A stretch of DNA of 64,000 bases, from positions 1-64,000 of the forward strand of contig JAPSGB010000008.1 of the NCBI GenBank assembly GCA_035063585.1, in the 5' to 3' direction. Below the pieces are notes generated by a model that did no database searches, was not told where the DNA came from, and saw nothing but the letters and a program-made list of their open reading frames with translations. The translations under genes and the position numbers were made by a program. Positions 47,733 through 58,370 of the stretch are shown piece after piece (position 1 is the stretch's first letter; each line of letters opens with the position of its first letter). The DNA is from Polyangiaceae bacterium (GTDB lineage Bacteria; Myxococcota_A; Polyangia; Polyangiales; Polyangiaceae).

Positions 47733-50669
47733 ATGCAACGACCCACGGTGCTCTGTCCGGCGGCGCCCACGGCGCGTCGACTCGTCGTCGCGCTGGGCGC
47801 GCTCGCGCTCGCGGGCGCGTGCGGCGGAGAGCCGACCGCCCGCGAGACGTTCGACGCGAACGTGCTCCCCGTGTTTCAGCGCTCCTGCGCCGCGGCGGCC
47901 TGTCATGGCGTCGCGCCGGGGGCGGAGGCCCGCGGCGAGCAGATCGACTGGAATCAATTCTACCTGCGCCTGGATGCGCGGGGGATGCTGTCCGATCCGG
48001 ACCAGGCCTATGCGACGGCCAAGCGGGTCATCGACACGACCGAGGACCCCGAGTTCTCGCAGCTCCTCCGAAAGCCGCTCGGCGTGAGGCTCGGCGGGCT
48101 GCCTCACTACGGCGGGGAGAACTTCTCGGGGACCGACGATCCGGCGTATCGGGCCGTGCGGGACTGGATCTCCCTCGAGGCCGGAGGCGGTGAGGATCCG
48201 CGGCCCCTCGACGAGCTCGAGCAGCTCTTCGCCGACACCGTGCAGCCCGTGCTCGTGGAGGCGACCTGCATGACCTCGCGGTGTCACGGCCCGACCGCCG
48301 GCGCCACGCCGTACCACCTCGACGTGGGGTACCGAGGTCGATTCCCGGCAGCGGCCACCCGGCACAACTACGAGGAGACGCTCCGGATGGTGACGCTCGA
48401 TGGCGATCCCCTCTTGTCGCGCGTCATTCGAAAGGCTCAGCCCCTCGGGCCGGGGATCGTACACAAGGGCACGAATTTCGATTTCTTCGCCGGTGATCCG
48501 GGCGGGGGGGTCTCGGCCATCACCAACTGGATCTGCGCCGAGCGTCGGGCGCGCGCCGGAGAGGACTGCGCGAGCCCCGAAGCGCCGCCGATCTCGGGTT
48601 TCGTCTTCGTGCGCGGCCCGATCTCGCCGCACCCTGCGTTCGAGCTCGATTCCTTCACGCCGGGGAGTGATCTCTTCCTCGCGACCGTGGATACCCCCTC
48701 CGTCGTGCCTTCGTCGACGGAGAACCTCACCGAGCGGCTGCACCCGGGCGCCCCTGCCGACGTCCGCGATCCCGCGGTGTCTCGGGACGGTACCCGGGTC
48801 GTCTTCTCCATGCGGGTGAGCGCCGAAGACGGTCACCACCTCTGGATGCTCGACCTCACGTCACGAGCGGCGCGACAGCTCACCTCCGGCGCAGGCACCG
48901 ATCGTGACCCCACCTTCGGACCCGACGGGAGCGTCTGGTTCGTCTCGACACGCGCGGGCGTGGTGGCCGATCGAGGCGCGCTGCTCGACGCCGACATCTA
49001 CTCGCTCGAGCCGGAGACGGGAGCGCTCCGCCGCTGGACGTACACGCCCCACGTCGAGCGAAAGCCGGTGTTCTTCGACATCGGCGACGAGGCCGGCGGC
49101 GAGGTCGCCTTCAGCGCGCTGCGCGACGCGATCCCCGACCAGGCGCGCGCACACGTCTTCCGCTTCCCGCCGAGTCAGAGCACGGAGTATCACCAGCACT
49201 TCGGCATCACGCCCGTCGAGACGTTCTTCTACGACATGCGCGAGCTCCCCGACGGGCGCTACGTGAGCGTGGTCGGAGACCTGCCGGCCGTGTGGGAAGC
49301 GGGAGGGCTCGGGATCATCGAGCGGAACTTCGGTCCGGAGCTCAACCGGCGGGCGGCTGAGTCGCGCCCCGCGCTCGAGCTCTACGAGCCGCCGCTGGTT
49401 CGGCTCCAGGGCGACGGCGCCTACCGCGATCCCGTGCCGCTCCCCGACGGCAGGCTGCTCGTCGCGCATCAGCCGGGCCCGTTCGATCCGAGTGACCCGA
49501 AGGCGACCTTCACCCCGCGGCTCGAGCTGCTGACGCTCGTGGAGCGCCCCGACAGCAGCGGCCCGGCGGTGGCAGCGACCACCGTGCTCATCGAGGAGCA
49601 GGGGGTCGCGCTCACCGATCCGGAGCCCATCTCGGTTCGGGCGCCGGTCCGCCCCGACGGCGCGCCGCTCCCCCCGAACGACGCGGAGACTGCGCTCCTC
49701 ACCCACCAGGGTCTACCGATGATCGACGCGCTGCTCTCGAACCTGCCGCCTTCGGGCAAGAAGCAGCCGCGGACCGACATCGCGTACGTGCGCCTCGTCG
49801 AGCACCTCCCCATGACGCGGGCCGAGCGAACCGCAGTGCCGCCGGGGGAGACGCTCTTCGGCGCCGAGGACGCGACGACGACGGCGCTCGGGTCCCACGG
49901 GCCCGCGCGCATCCTCGCGGAGCTACCCGTCGAGGCCGACGGGAGCTTCCAGGCGCGCGTGCCCGTCGACGTGCCCTTCCGAGTACAGCCGCTCGACGCC
50001 TCGCGCATGGCGATCGGCGTGATGCATAATCGCTGGTTTTACACGCTACCCGGTCAGGTCCTCACGCAGGGGTTGTCGGTCGCGTCGGGGATGGAGCGCT
50101 ACGGCTCGAGCTGCGCGGCCTGTCACGGTGATCCGAACGGCGTGGGCGGTCGGCCGCCGGCGCTGGAGGAGCCCGACGCGATCACGGGCGCCTCCCTCTC
50201 GCTCAGCCGCTTCGAGGGCCAGAACCCGCGACGGCCCTTGGCTCCTCCTGTGCTCGGCGCGGCGACGCGCGTCGAGGTGGACTTCACGCGAGACGTACAG
50301 CCGATCCTCGATCGGCGCTGCGTCGGTTGTCACGCGGGCAGCGACGCCCCGGACGGCCTCGACCTCACCGGCACCCCCACCGCGCACTTCACCCAGTCTT
50401 ACGAGCACCTCCTCCGCGGGGGCGCCGGCTCCGGCGGCGGGCGCGCGTACGTCGACGATGGCGACGGTCGCGCTCGGAGCAGCTACCTCATCGAGCGGCT
50501 CATGGGCGTCGAGCTGGACGCGCCACGAGCGCTCCCCGCGGGTTCCTCGCGGCATCCGCTGGCCGGCGGCCGCTCGGGGGCGCTGACGGACGAGGAGCTG
50601 CTGGTCTTGATACGGTGGATCGATCTCGGCGCGACCTTCCGGGGGACCGGACGAGCGGTGACTCCATGA
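47733..50669 (+). CDS. Hydrazine-synthase-alpha-like multidomain lipoprotein (2 CX4CH cytochrome domains, PD40/TolB propeller, HZS-alpha middle-like domain, 2 CX2CH)
   Basis: LAGAC lipobox; CAAAACH, CMTSRCH; DPAVSRDG..VVFSMR, DPTFGPDG..FVSTR; RILAELPVEADGSF.ARVP...QPLD; CAACH; FTRDVQPILDRRCVGCH. Confidence 0.75.
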   Translation: MQRPTVLCPAAPTARRLVVALGALALAGACGGEPTARETFDANVLPVFQRSCAAAACHGVAPGAEARGEQIDWNQFYLRLDARGMLSDPDQAYATAKRVIDTTEDPEFSQLLRKPLGVRLGGLPHYGGENFSGTDDPAYRAVRDWISLEAGGGEDPRPLDELEQLFADTVQPVLVEATCMTSRCHGPTAGATPYHLDVGYRGRFPAAATRHNYEETLRMVTLDGDPLLSRVIRKAQPLGPGIVHKGTNFDFFAGDPGGGVSAITNWICAERRARAGEDCASPEAPPISGFVFVRGPISPHPAFELDSFTPGSDLFLATVDTPSVVPSSTENLTERLHPGAPADVRDPAVSRDGTRVVFSMRVSAEDGHHLWMLDLTSRAARQLTSGAGTDRDPTFGPDGSVWFVSTRAGVVADRGALLDADIYSLEPETGALRRWTYTPHVERKPVFFDIGDEAGGEVAFSALRDAIPDQARAHVFRFPPSQSTEYHQHFGITPVETFFYDMRELPDGRYVSVVGDLPAVWEAGGLGIIERNFGPELNRRAAESRPALELYEPPLVRLQGDGAYRDPVPLPDGRLLVAHQPGPFDPSDPKATFTPRLELLTLVERPDSSGPAVAATTVLIEEQGVALTDPEPISVRAPVRPDGAPLPPNDAETALLTHQGLPMIDALLSNLPPSGKKQPRTDIAYVRLVEHLPMTRAERTAVPPGETLFGAEDATTTALGSHGPARILAELPVEADGSFQARVPVDVPFRVQPLDASRMAIGVMHNRWFYTLPGQVLTQGLSVASGMERYGSSCAACHGDPNGVGGRPPALEEPDAITGASLSLSRFEGQNPRRPLAPPVLGAATRVEVDFTRDVQPILDRRCVGCHAGSDAPDGLDLTGTPTAHFTQSYEHLLRGGAGSGGGRAYVDDGDGRARSSYLIERLMGVELDAPRALPAGSSRHPLAGGRSGALTDEELLVLIRWIDLGATFRGTGRAVTP

Positions 50670-51127
50670 GGTGGACGATGGGGTTCATGCTCCTCATCGG
50701 CGCTGGACCGGCGGCGTGCGCCTGGCCGACTTCGGAGCCGTGGCCCAGCTTCGGGACGCTCGACGAGTTCGTCACGCAGGCGCAGCCGGTGCTGGCGGCG
50801 AGGTGTTCGAACCCGAGCTGCCACGGCAACCCCGACCGCCCGCTGTCGGTGTTCGCCGTTCATCGCTACCGGCTGAACGCAGCCGACACCTTCCTGGACG
50901 CTCCGCTCACGCGCGAGGAGCAAGAGCTGAACTTCGCTCGGGCGTCGGCCTTCTTGCTCGAGGTAGGAGACGCTTCGCACAGCCTGCTGCTCGCCAAGCC
51001 GCTCGCGGCCCGCGCGGGAGGCGCGGGGCACGACGCGGTCGAGGTGTTCGGCGATCGCGAGGACTACGACTACCGTCGCCTGCGCGGGTGGGTCGAGCAG
51101 GCGCTGGCCGCGCGGGAGGCTCCGTGA
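50666..51127 (+). CDS. Monoheme CX4CH cytochrome c lipoprotein
   Basis: ATG 50666 overlapping the upstream stop; PAAC lipobox; CSNPSCH; aligns by eye with the N-terminal domains of the upstream protein. Confidence 0.75.
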   Translation: MRWTMGFMLLIGAGPAACAWPTSEPWPSFGTLDEFVTQAQPVLAARCSNPSCHGNPDRPLSVFAVHRYRLNAADTFLDAPLTREEQELNFARASAFLLEVGDASHSLLLAKPLAARAGGAGHDAVEVFGDREDYDYRRLRGWVEQALAAREAP

Positions 51128-51342
51128 CGCGCCGGCTCCGCGTCGCGCTCGCTTCCACTTGCGCGCTGGTCTTCTGGGCCGGCTGCGCCCCGGTTCCCGC
51201 CTATCAGCGCGGGCGCCTGATGCAGCGGTCGATGCAGCCGAAGCCCCCGCTCGACGCGGCGTTCGACGCGCACGTGGAGGACCTGCGTGAGAGCGCCATC
51301 GGCGCCTCGGGCGGAGAGAGCGCGTCATGCGGGTGTCGTTGA
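51124..51342 (+). CDS. DUF4266 family small lipoprotein
   Basis: GTG 51124; WAGC, V..YQRGRL...M, H....RE...G, C-terminal CGC. Confidence 0.8.
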   Translation: MTRRLRVALASTCALVFWAGCAPVPAYQRGRLMQRSMQPKPPLDAAFDAHVEDLRESAIGASGGESASCGCR

Positions 51343-52418
51343 CCGCCCTGGCCCTCGGCGCCATCGGGACCGGGTGCGGGGCGACGGTGAGCCACCGCGC
51401 GAGCGCGCGCGTGCACGTCTACGATGATCCACGGATCACCGTCGTATCACCGACCGTAGAGGAGCAAGCTCAGATCGCCGATACGAAGGTGACCGCGCAC
51501 TACGGCGTCGACGCGGTGAGCGGCGCCACGCAGGCGCTGACGGTCGACGCGGTCTCGTCCGCCACCCGGTTCTCGGAGGTCAGGCAGGACGCCGGGCTCA
51601 GGGCGGCCCACGCATTCTCCGCGGAGACGGAGCTATCGGGAGGTTATAACCTCAGCCGGGAGCCGGATGACCTCGTGCATGTGCCGTCGCTCCGGCTCAC
51701 TCAGGAGCTCTTCGAGCGAATGGTCCGGGCGGCGGTGGGCTATCAGCTGGTCGTCGAGTCGATCGGTCGCACCGGAGATCCGCTCTTCCGCGAGCACGCG
51801 CTCGGGCATCGCGTCGATGTCGAGTGGACGCAGATCGCGACGCGCTCGCTCACCTTGACGGTGCTCGGCACGGGGACCGCGACCGAGTGCAGCGCCGGCA
51901 TCGGGTGCTTCGCCAACCCGTACCGCTACGTCGGGATCGCGCGCGGCGCCGCCCACATCGCCCTGCCCGAACGCCACCCGGACCAGCGCTTCACGGGCGC
52001 CGGCGCGCTCCGGCTATCGTGGGCGTTCGCCGGCTCGAGCGCCCTTCAGGCCGGCTCCCGGTGGGCCGTCGACAGCTGGAGCGTGGCCGCGTACACGGCC
52101 GACGCGGCGGTCGTGACCGAGCTCTTCGACGACCGCCTGCTCGCGCGGGCCGAGGCGCGCGCGACCCTGCAGAGTCGCGCGTCGTTCTACGACGAGCGCT
52201 ACCAGGGCTCCGGCGGCGTCCTGCCGGCGTACCGAACCGCGGACGCGGAGCTCTCCGGATTGCGGAACGCCCGAGCGCAGCTCTTCCTCGATTGGGCGTG
52301 GGGCCCCGTGCACATCGTCGGCCAGCTTGGCCGGATGTGGAACTACTACCCGGGGTTCCCCGCGTTGCCGACGCGGCACGCGTGGATCGCCGGGGGCGGG
52401 CTCGACGCCAACTTCTGA
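51327..52418 (+). CDS. DUF3570 family outer-membrane beta-barrel
   Basis: VDAVSGAT/VDAVSSAT, S.EPD, LPERHPDQR, DSWSV, TADAELS, C-terminal Phe; adjacent to DUF4266. Confidence 0.78.
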   Translation: MRVSLTALALGAIGTGCGATVSHRASARVHVYDDPRITVVSPTVEEQAQIADTKVTAHYGVDAVSGATQALTVDAVSSATRFSEVRQDAGLRAAHAFSAETELSGGYNLSREPDDLVHVPSLRLTQELFERMVRAAVGYQLVVESIGRTGDPLFREHALGHRVDVEWTQIATRSLTLTVLGTGTATECSAGIGCFANPYRYVGIARGAAHIALPERHPDQRFTGAGALRLSWAFAGSSALQAGSRWAVDSWSVAAYTADAAVVTELFDDRLLARAEARATLQSRASFYDERYQGSGGVLPAYRTADAELSGLRNARAQLFLDWAWGPVHIVGQLGRMWNYYPGFPALPTRHAWIAGGGLDANF

Positions 52419-52535
52419 GCGTCACGCCGCTGCCGGGCGAGCCGCGCGGGCCGTTCCTCGGGGGCGGTCGGAGCGGCGCGAGCGCGGAGCTCACGGGCTC
52501 CGCCGCGAGTTGCTCGCGCTAGACTCCCGGGCACC

Positions 52536-53219
52536 ATGCCTCGGCCACCCGGACCCTCCGAGCCTGCGCGCGGCTCCGCGCTCGATGCGGTCACCGTGGT
52601 CGCCCTCTCCGACACGCACATGCGACACCGCGAGCTGGTGGTCCCGCCGTGTGAGCTCCTCGTGCACGCGGGAGACTTCTCTCGGCGCGGCACGAGCGCG
52701 GAGACGCGCGAGTTCATCGCCTGGATGGCGAGCCAGCCCGCTCGCGAGAAGGTCCTCGTCGCCGGCAACCACGACCGCTTCGCCGAGCTCGAGCCGGAGC
52801 GGCTCCGCGAGCTCACCGTGCGCAGCGGGATACGCTACCTATTCGACGAGGAGGTGACGCTCCTCGGGCTCCGCATCTGGGGCTCGCCGGTCACTCCGGC
52901 CTTCCGCAGCATGGCCTTCAACCGCGAGCGCGGCGCGGCCATCCGCCGGCACTGGGACGCCATCCCCGCGGGGCTCGACCTCCTCGTCACGCACGGGCCG
53001 CCCCAGGGCATCGGCGATCGCGCCTTCTTCGGCGCGCATGTCGGCTGCGAAGCGCTCATGGACGCGGTGCGGCAGCGGCCGCCGCGCGCGCACGTCTTCG
53101 GTCACATCCACGAGGCGGCCGGTGAGTACCGCGACGCCGGACTCCCGACGCGCTTCCTCAACGTCGCCATCGCTCGCTGGCTCGGAGGTACTCGCCCGGC
53201 GGTGACCTTCACGCTGTGA
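52536..53219 (+). CDS. Metallophosphoesterase (MPPED-like)
   Basis: SDTH, HAGDF, GNHD, THGPP, FGHIHE. Confidence 0.9.
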   Translation: MPRPPGPSEPARGSALDAVTVVALSDTHMRHRELVVPPCELLVHAGDFSRRGTSAETREFIAWMASQPAREKVLVAGNHDRFAELEPERLRELTVRSGIRYLFDEEVTLLGLRIWGSPVTPAFRSMAFNRERGAAIRRHWDAIPAGLDLLVTHGPPQGIGDRAFFGAHVGCEALMDAVRQRPPRAHVFGHIHEAAGEYRDAGLPTRFLNVAIARWLGGTRPAVTFTL

Positions 53220-53257
53220 ACCGAGCCGGAGCGCTCGGCGGGAGGGGGAGGGGAGGT

Positions 53258-53309
53258 CGGTCCGGCGCGGAACCGCGCGGGGCGGGCCGCGCGGTTCCGC
53301 GCCGGACCG
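53258..53309. repeat. REP-like perfect hairpin (23-bp arms, 6-nt loop)
   Basis: cggtccggcgcggaaccgcgcgg-ggcggg-ccgcgcggttccgcgccggaccg. Confidence 0.88.
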
Positions 53310-53378
53310 GCAAACCCAAAAAAACCGGGGAGAACGCCCAGGAGCGTCGCCATTGTCGAAGCCGGTGCCCCGTGCTAA

Positions 53379-54881
<1,503 letters not shown>

Positions 54882-54888
54882 GGCGAGC

Positions 54889-55452
54889 ATGGCGGAGCTA
54901 TCGCAAATCGAGCTCGAGATCGTCACCCCCGAGGGGATCCAGCTTCGCGCCCGCGCGCACGATCTCACCGCGCCGAGCGTGGAGGGGGAGTTCGGCGTGC
55001 TGCCCGGGCATCGGCCGCTGCTCGCCGCGCTGAAGACCGGCATCATCAGCTACCACGACGCCGCCGGGGAGTCGCACTACGTGGCGGTGGGCCCCGGGTT
55101 CGTCGAGGTCAGCGAGGATCGGGCCCTCGTCCTCACCGATCGCTTCGTCGCCAAGGGGGACGTCGATCCGGTGCGGGTCAGACTCGACCTCAAGGAGGCG
55201 GACGACGCGCTCGACCGGTTCACCGGCGAGCCTGGCAGCCCCGAGCACGGCGCGCTCATCCTCGCCGAGACCTGGGCGGCAGCGCAGCTCGAGCTCTACG
55301 GTGATCCGCCGCCGCCCATGGTCCGCACCTTCTCCGAGTTCCAGCTCATCCCGCACGAGGACTACCTCGTCACCGACGAGGCCGCGCCGATCAGCGAGGC
55401 GTACTACGAAGCGCGCGATCAGAAGCAGGCCGCGAAGCACTCCGAGGAGTAG
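54889..55452 (+). CDS. atpC: F1 ATP synthase epsilon subunit with C-terminal extension
   Basis: LEIVTPE, GEFGVLPGH, GFVEV; follows atpD. Confidence 0.92.
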   Translation: MAELSQIELEIVTPEGIQLRARAHDLTAPSVEGEFGVLPGHRPLLAALKTGIISYHDAAGESHYVAVGPGFVEVSEDRALVLTDRFVAKGDVDPVRVRLDLKEADDALDRFTGEPGSPEHGALILAETWAAAQLELYGDPPPPMVRTFSEFQLIPHEDYLVTDEAAPISEAYYEARDQKQAAKHSEE

Positions 55453-55470
55453 GCTCGTCGGGCGACCGAC

Positions 55471-55926
55471 TCACGCGCCGCCGTCCGCGAGCGCGCGGCG
55501 GCGGGCGGCCGCGTCGTAGACGAGGATGGCGCGGTCGAGGACTATCTCCCCGTCGAGGAGCACGCGCACGTTCCAGAGCCCGAGCGGATCGCCGGGCTGG
55601 AACGCGATGAGCTGATCGAAGCGGGCCTGCTCGGGCCGGAGATCGGCGTCCGCGAGCGCCGTGACCCGGCGCGCGCCGGGCTTGCCCGGGGGGCGCTCGA
55701 TCTCCCAGCGCACGTGGTGCGCCTTCGGCTCGACTCGCGAGAGGTCGAGCCGAAACCCTTGGCTCTGGCGGGTGCGGTCGAGCTCGAACGGGATCTCGTC
55801 ACGCTCCTGCACCTGTCCGCCGAAGAAGACTCCGAGCCGCGCGTCCACGAGCGGCGCGGGGGCCCGCTCGGCGCGGCCGCACGCGATGGCGAGGAGCGCG
55901 GCGAGCGCGCCGACCAGGCGTCTCAT
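55471..55926 (-). CDS. Hypothetical lipoprotein
   Basis: MRRLVGALAALLAIAC lipobox at 55926, overlapping the rsmA stop. Confidence 0.7.
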   Translation of the reverse strand: MRRLVGALAALLAIACGRAERAPAPLVDARLGVFFGGQVQERDEIPFELDRTRQSQGFRLDLSRVEPKAHHVRWEIERPPGKPGARRVTALADADLRPEQARFDQLIAFQPGDPLGLWNVRVLLDGEIVLDRAILVYDAAARRRALADGGA

Positions 55927-56753
55927 CGGCGAAGCTCCTGCGCCATGCGCGCGAAGTCTGCCACGCCGAGCGTCTCGCCGCGCTGCTCGAGGCTGACCTT
56001 CGCGCGCTCGGCCGCCGCCGCGAGCGCGGCGCCGTCCGTCCCGAGCACGCCATGCCAAGCGTTTCGGAGCTTCTTCCGGCGCTGCCCGAAGGCGGCGCGG
56101 ACCAGGCCGCGGAAGGCGTCGTCCTCCTCGGCGAGCAGGGCCGCGCGCGGCTCGAGCACCAGCACCGCCGAGTCGACGCCCGGCTGGGGATGGAAAGCGC
56201 CGCGCTTGATCACGAACGCGCGGGTCGGCGAGAACGCGGCCTGGACGAACACGCTGAGCGCCCCGTAGGCGGGCGTCCCCGGCGCCGCCGAGACGCGGTC
56301 GGCCACCTCGAGCTGCACCAGGAACACCGCGCGGTCGAGCGCGCGCGAGAGCCCCACGGTCTTTTCGAGCAGCGGCCCGGTGATCTGGTAGGGCAGATTG
56401 CCCGCGAGCACGTGCGGCCTCGGGCCGCCCTCGAGGAGGGCGCTCACGTTCACCGTCTTCGCGTCGTCCTCGGCCACCCGGAGCTTGGGGCTGGTGAGCG
56501 CGCTCGCGAGCAGCGGGACGAGATCGCGATCGCGCTCCACGGCGACGACGCGTTCGGCGCGGGCGAGGAGCGGTCGGGTGAGCGCGCCGAGCCCGGCTCC
56601 GAGCTCGATCACGGTGCCGCCGGGCGGCGTGGTCGCGAGCTCCGCGATCCGCTCGGCGAGCCGCGCGTCGGCGAGGAAGTTCTGGCCGAAGTGCTTCTTC
56701 GGTCGCAGCCCGTGCAGGGCGAGCTGCGCGCTCGGATGATCGGAGGAGGCCAT
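55923..56753 (-). CDS. rsmA: 16S rRNA m6,2A dimethyltransferase
   Basis: KHFGQNFL, ELGAGLGALT, GNLPYQIT, F.P.PGVDSA, FGQRRKKLRN. Confidence 0.96.
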   Translation of the reverse strand: MASSDHPSAQLALHGLRPKKHFGQNFLADARLAERIAELATTPPGGTVIELGAGLGALTRPLLARAERVVAVERDRDLVPLLASALTSPKLRVAEDDAKTVNVSALLEGGPRPHVLAGNLPYQITGPLLEKTVGLSRALDRAVFLVQLEVADRVSAAPGTPAYGALSVFVQAAFSPTRAFVIKRGAFHPQPGVDSAVLVLEPRAALLAEEDDAFRGLVRAAFGQRRKKLRNAWHGVLGTDGAALAAAAERAKVSLEQRGETLGVADFARMAQELRR

Positions 56754-56758
56754 GGTCG

Positions 56759-58330
56759 TCAGCGCCCGCGCGGCCCGCCCGCCTCGCTCGCTCGCGCGCG
56801 TAATCGCTCGACCCGCACCCCGAGGCGCCGGAGCGCGCGCTCGCCGCGCGTACGGGCCGCCCGCGCGCGCACCTCCACCGCGTCGGCGATGATCCCCGCG
56901 AGCGGACTCTCGTGGCGCGGCACCCCGCGCTCGGGGATCATGTCGATCCAGCCGATCGTGACGCCCCGACGCGGCTGCTCGGCGAGCGCGCGCGCGAGAT
57001 CCGGGCGCGCCGACGGATCGAACGGCGATGACCAGAGGTAGATGAGGCTCGGGGTCGGTCGCTCGCGCCGGAGCCGCGTCAGCGTCTCGGCGAGGCGCCG
57101 GTCGGTGCGCGGCTGCTCGGGCTCCGCGCGCGGAGGTGAGCCGATGCCGAAGGCCGACAGGTAGCGGCGCAGCGCCCGCTCGCGGCGCCCGGCGGCCCAG
57201 GGAGAGAGCGCGGGGAAGGGCGCGCGCTCGCGCGCGCGCTCCGCGCGTCGGACCACGCGATCGAGCTCGGAGGCACGCACCTCCGCGGTCGCGGCCGGGT
57301 CGAGCGGCCGGAGGTGCTCGAGCACGCGGAGCGCGACGCCCACCTCGTCGAGCGCGCTCCGATCGGCGTCGAGCGTGCCGGTCTGGTTGGCGAGCGCGTT
57401 CATCAGCGCGATGCCGTGCCCGGGGCCGCGCTCGGGCGGGAGCCAGGCCAGCACCCGCGAGGCGACGATGGCCAGCCCGACGCGGTCGCCGCGGGCGAGA
57501 TGCCGCTCGGCGACCGCGGCGACCTCGTCGATGGCGAGATCGAGCGGCGCTTGCCCGGACACGCCGGCCCAGTGCTCGGTGGAGGCGTCGAGCAGGAGCC
57601 AGACGATGTCGCGCTCCTCGCGCTCGTAGTCGCGCACGAGCAGGATCCCCCGCCGGGCCGAGGCCTTCCAGGCGATGCGCCTGAACGGATCGCCGGTCTG
57701 GTGCTCGCGGAGCTCGCGGAGCTCGCCGCCGTCACCGGAGAGCGGCCCGGGTCGGCCCGCCTCGGCGGTCATTCGGCTCCGGCCGCCGCGCGCCGAGCGC
57801 ATGGCGAGCCCGAACGCGCGCGGCAGGACCTCGAGGCCGAAGGGGTTGGCGAAGGTGAGCGGGACCTCGTAGAGCCCCGGGTTTCCCTCGACCTCGAGCG
57901 AGAGCCCGTGGATCCCGTAGCGGCCCACGCGGGACGCGGAGATCTCGATGGTCACGCCGAGCCGCCCGCTCGCCGGCACCTCGCCCTCGGATGGATCGAC
58001 GCTGAGCGTGAGCTCCGGCGACGCGGTCGCGCGCAGCGAGACGTAGCGCGCGGCGCGCGTGTCGCGGTTTCGGACCTCGGCCTCGAGCTCCACGACCTCG
58101 CCCCGCGCGACCCGCCGCACGCGCGGCTCGCTCTTCCAGAGCATCTCGAAGCCGGCCGCGCGCACCCGGGAGACGCTGAGCCGCGTGACCGCGCGGGCGA
58201 TGGTGAGCCCCACGAGCAGCGCCCCCGTCCAGGCGACCACCGCGGCCTGCCCCGTCGCCACGCCCACCGCGACGCCGACGATGCCTGCGATCGCGAGATC
58301 GACGGCGGCGCGGGTGGGATGGAGCTCCAC
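56759..58330 (-). CDS. DUF58 domain protein (MoxR partner)
   Basis: ELRELREHQTGDPFRRIAWKASAR, VRDYERE, LLDAS, GDRVGL. Confidence 0.88.
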   Translation of the reverse strand: MELHPTRAAVDLAIAGIVGVAVGVATGQAAVVAWTGALLVGLTIARAVTRLSVSRVRAAGFEMLWKSEPRVRRVARGEVVELEAEVRNRDTRAARYVSLRATASPELTLSVDPSEGEVPASGRLGVTIEISASRVGRYGIHGLSLEVEGNPGLYEVPLTFANPFGLEVLPRAFGLAMRSARGGRSRMTAEAGRPGPLSGDGGELRELREHQTGDPFRRIAWKASARRGILLVRDYEREERDIVWLLLDASTEHWAGVSGQAPLDLAIDEVAAVAERHLARGDRVGLAIVASRVLAWLPPERGPGHGIALMNALANQTGTLDADRSALDEVGVALRVLEHLRPLDPAATAEVRASELDRVVRRAERARERAPFPALSPWAAGRRERALRRYLSAFGIGSPPRAEPEQPRTDRRLAETLTRLRRERPTPSLIYLWSSPFDPSARPDLARALAEQPRRGVTIGWIDMIPERGVPRHESPLAGIIADAVEVRARAARTRGERALRRLGVRVERLRARASEAGGPRGR

Positions 58331-58370
58331 CCGCCGAGGTTAGGCTCGACGCTCTCGAGAGTCGAGGCCG

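Noticed and set aside
47733..50669. Anammox hydrazine synthase
   Set aside because: No hzsB/hzsC or hao-like genes nearby; the host looks myxobacterial; HzsA-like domains occur outside anammox bacteria
53258..53324. Intrinsic terminator
   Set aside because: The hairpin is followed by an A-run on the plus strand, so no U-tract follows the stem on either strand; treated as REP-like
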